Positions 17,109 through 64,000 of a stretch of 64,000 nucleotides of DNA are shown here, piece after piece (position 1 is the first letter of the stretch; each line of letters begins with the position of its first letter). A program made the position numbers and the translations under genes. This DNA is from the human T2T-CHM13v2.0 reference genome, Homo sapiens. The stretch lies in NCBI RefSeq assembly GCF_009914755.1, contig NC_060929.1. One strand, given 5' to 3'. The notes below the pieces were generated by a model. That model saw only the letters and a program-made list of their open reading frames with translations, had not been told where the DNA came from and searched no databases.

Positions 17109-17975
17109 GAACTTACATACTTAAACATCGAATTGCTTTAAGTGTTTGGCATTCACTGTTCCCGTGCATGCCAGCAGCTTCTTACTGCAAACACCTGAGA
17201 CTTGCTATAGAGCAGCTGGACTATGTTCCGCCCACACACAGGACAGGGAGCTGACAACCAAGGAGGGGGGCGGGATCAATACTCCAGCTTTCCCCCCTCC
17301 ATTTCCCTGTATCTCAGCAGTATGGAGCTTGTTATCAATGAGAACCTGCTCGCTGACTTTAAATTGCTTTTCTTACCTTCTCAGTTCAGTTTCTCCGTAC
17401 CTCAATTGATGATTTCTGGTATGACCTAGCAAATACACTGCTTTCACTGAAATTTCAGTCTTGCAATCTGCTTTGGGTTCCCCAATCTAAGACAGAAACA
17501 TACTCATTTTCCCATCACTGGACTTCCAGGTTGTTTTCAATTTTTCACTGTTACAAACAAGGTGGCAACATTTATCTACAAACCTCTGGATATACACGTA
17601 GGAAGCTTTTGGTATTTCCACTAGTGAAACTGCTCAGTTGAAGGGTATGTGGATCTTCATCTTTAATAAATATTACCAACATGTGAAAAGCCCGACAATG
17701 TCAAGGACTGGCAAGAGTGCCACATGTGATGGGTGTGGAATGGCAGCTCACTGTAGCAGGTGCTGGGGACTCAGTTGGGGTCTTGGAGAAGCACTTAGTT
17801 ATAGCAAGAATGTCTCATAAATGGTATCTGATAGAGACAAGAGTAGTGGGGAATAAAAACTAGTTGCTTAGAAATAATTATAGATCTAAAGTCAACAAAA
17901 AACCTTTTCTAATGTAAAAATACATACTTTTTTCAGAGGGAGGGGGAACAACTTAAACTAGAAAACACCTTCATA

Positions 17976-64000
<46,025 letters not shown>

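Larger units (their letters stand above)
15115..17975 (-). other. DHFR: DHFR long 3'UTR (approximate end)
   Basis: Follows the stop codon; minus-strand AATAAA at 15137-15142 fits the known ~3.8 kb mRNA. Confidence 0.75.

Overview
Human (hominid) genomic DNA covering the DHFR/MSH3 head-to-head locus (5q14.1 from recall). The minus strand carries the complete six-exon DHFR gene (564-nt CDS, 187 aa, about 2.9 kb Alu-containing 3'UTR). The plus strand carries MSH3 exons 1-6 and the start of exon 7. The two genes share a CpG-island bidirectional promoter with an E2F site and GC boxes. DHFR intron 2 holds a 2.35-kb mitochondrial insertion (NUMT: partial D-loop, tRNA-Phe, 12S, tRNA-Val, 5' 16S) flanked by a perfect 32-bp direct repeat. 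The NUMT carries the humanin-like MTRNR2L2 ORF, whose C-terminus comes from that repeat, plus intact MOTS-c-like and SHLP2-like ORFs. Other points of note: MSH3 intron 6 is a U12-type intron with AT-AA ends; this haplotype has a 7-unit MSH3 9-bp repeat, Ile79 and the DHFR intron-1 19-bp segment; and an open, ATG-initiated frame runs through antisense MSH3 exon 1 in frame into DHFR. The rest is dense interspersed repeat (about 40 Alus, L1 fragments, MaLR/ERV1 LTRs, a near-full Tigger1). Comparisons with mtDNA and reference proteins are from memory, and repeat boundaries are approximate.
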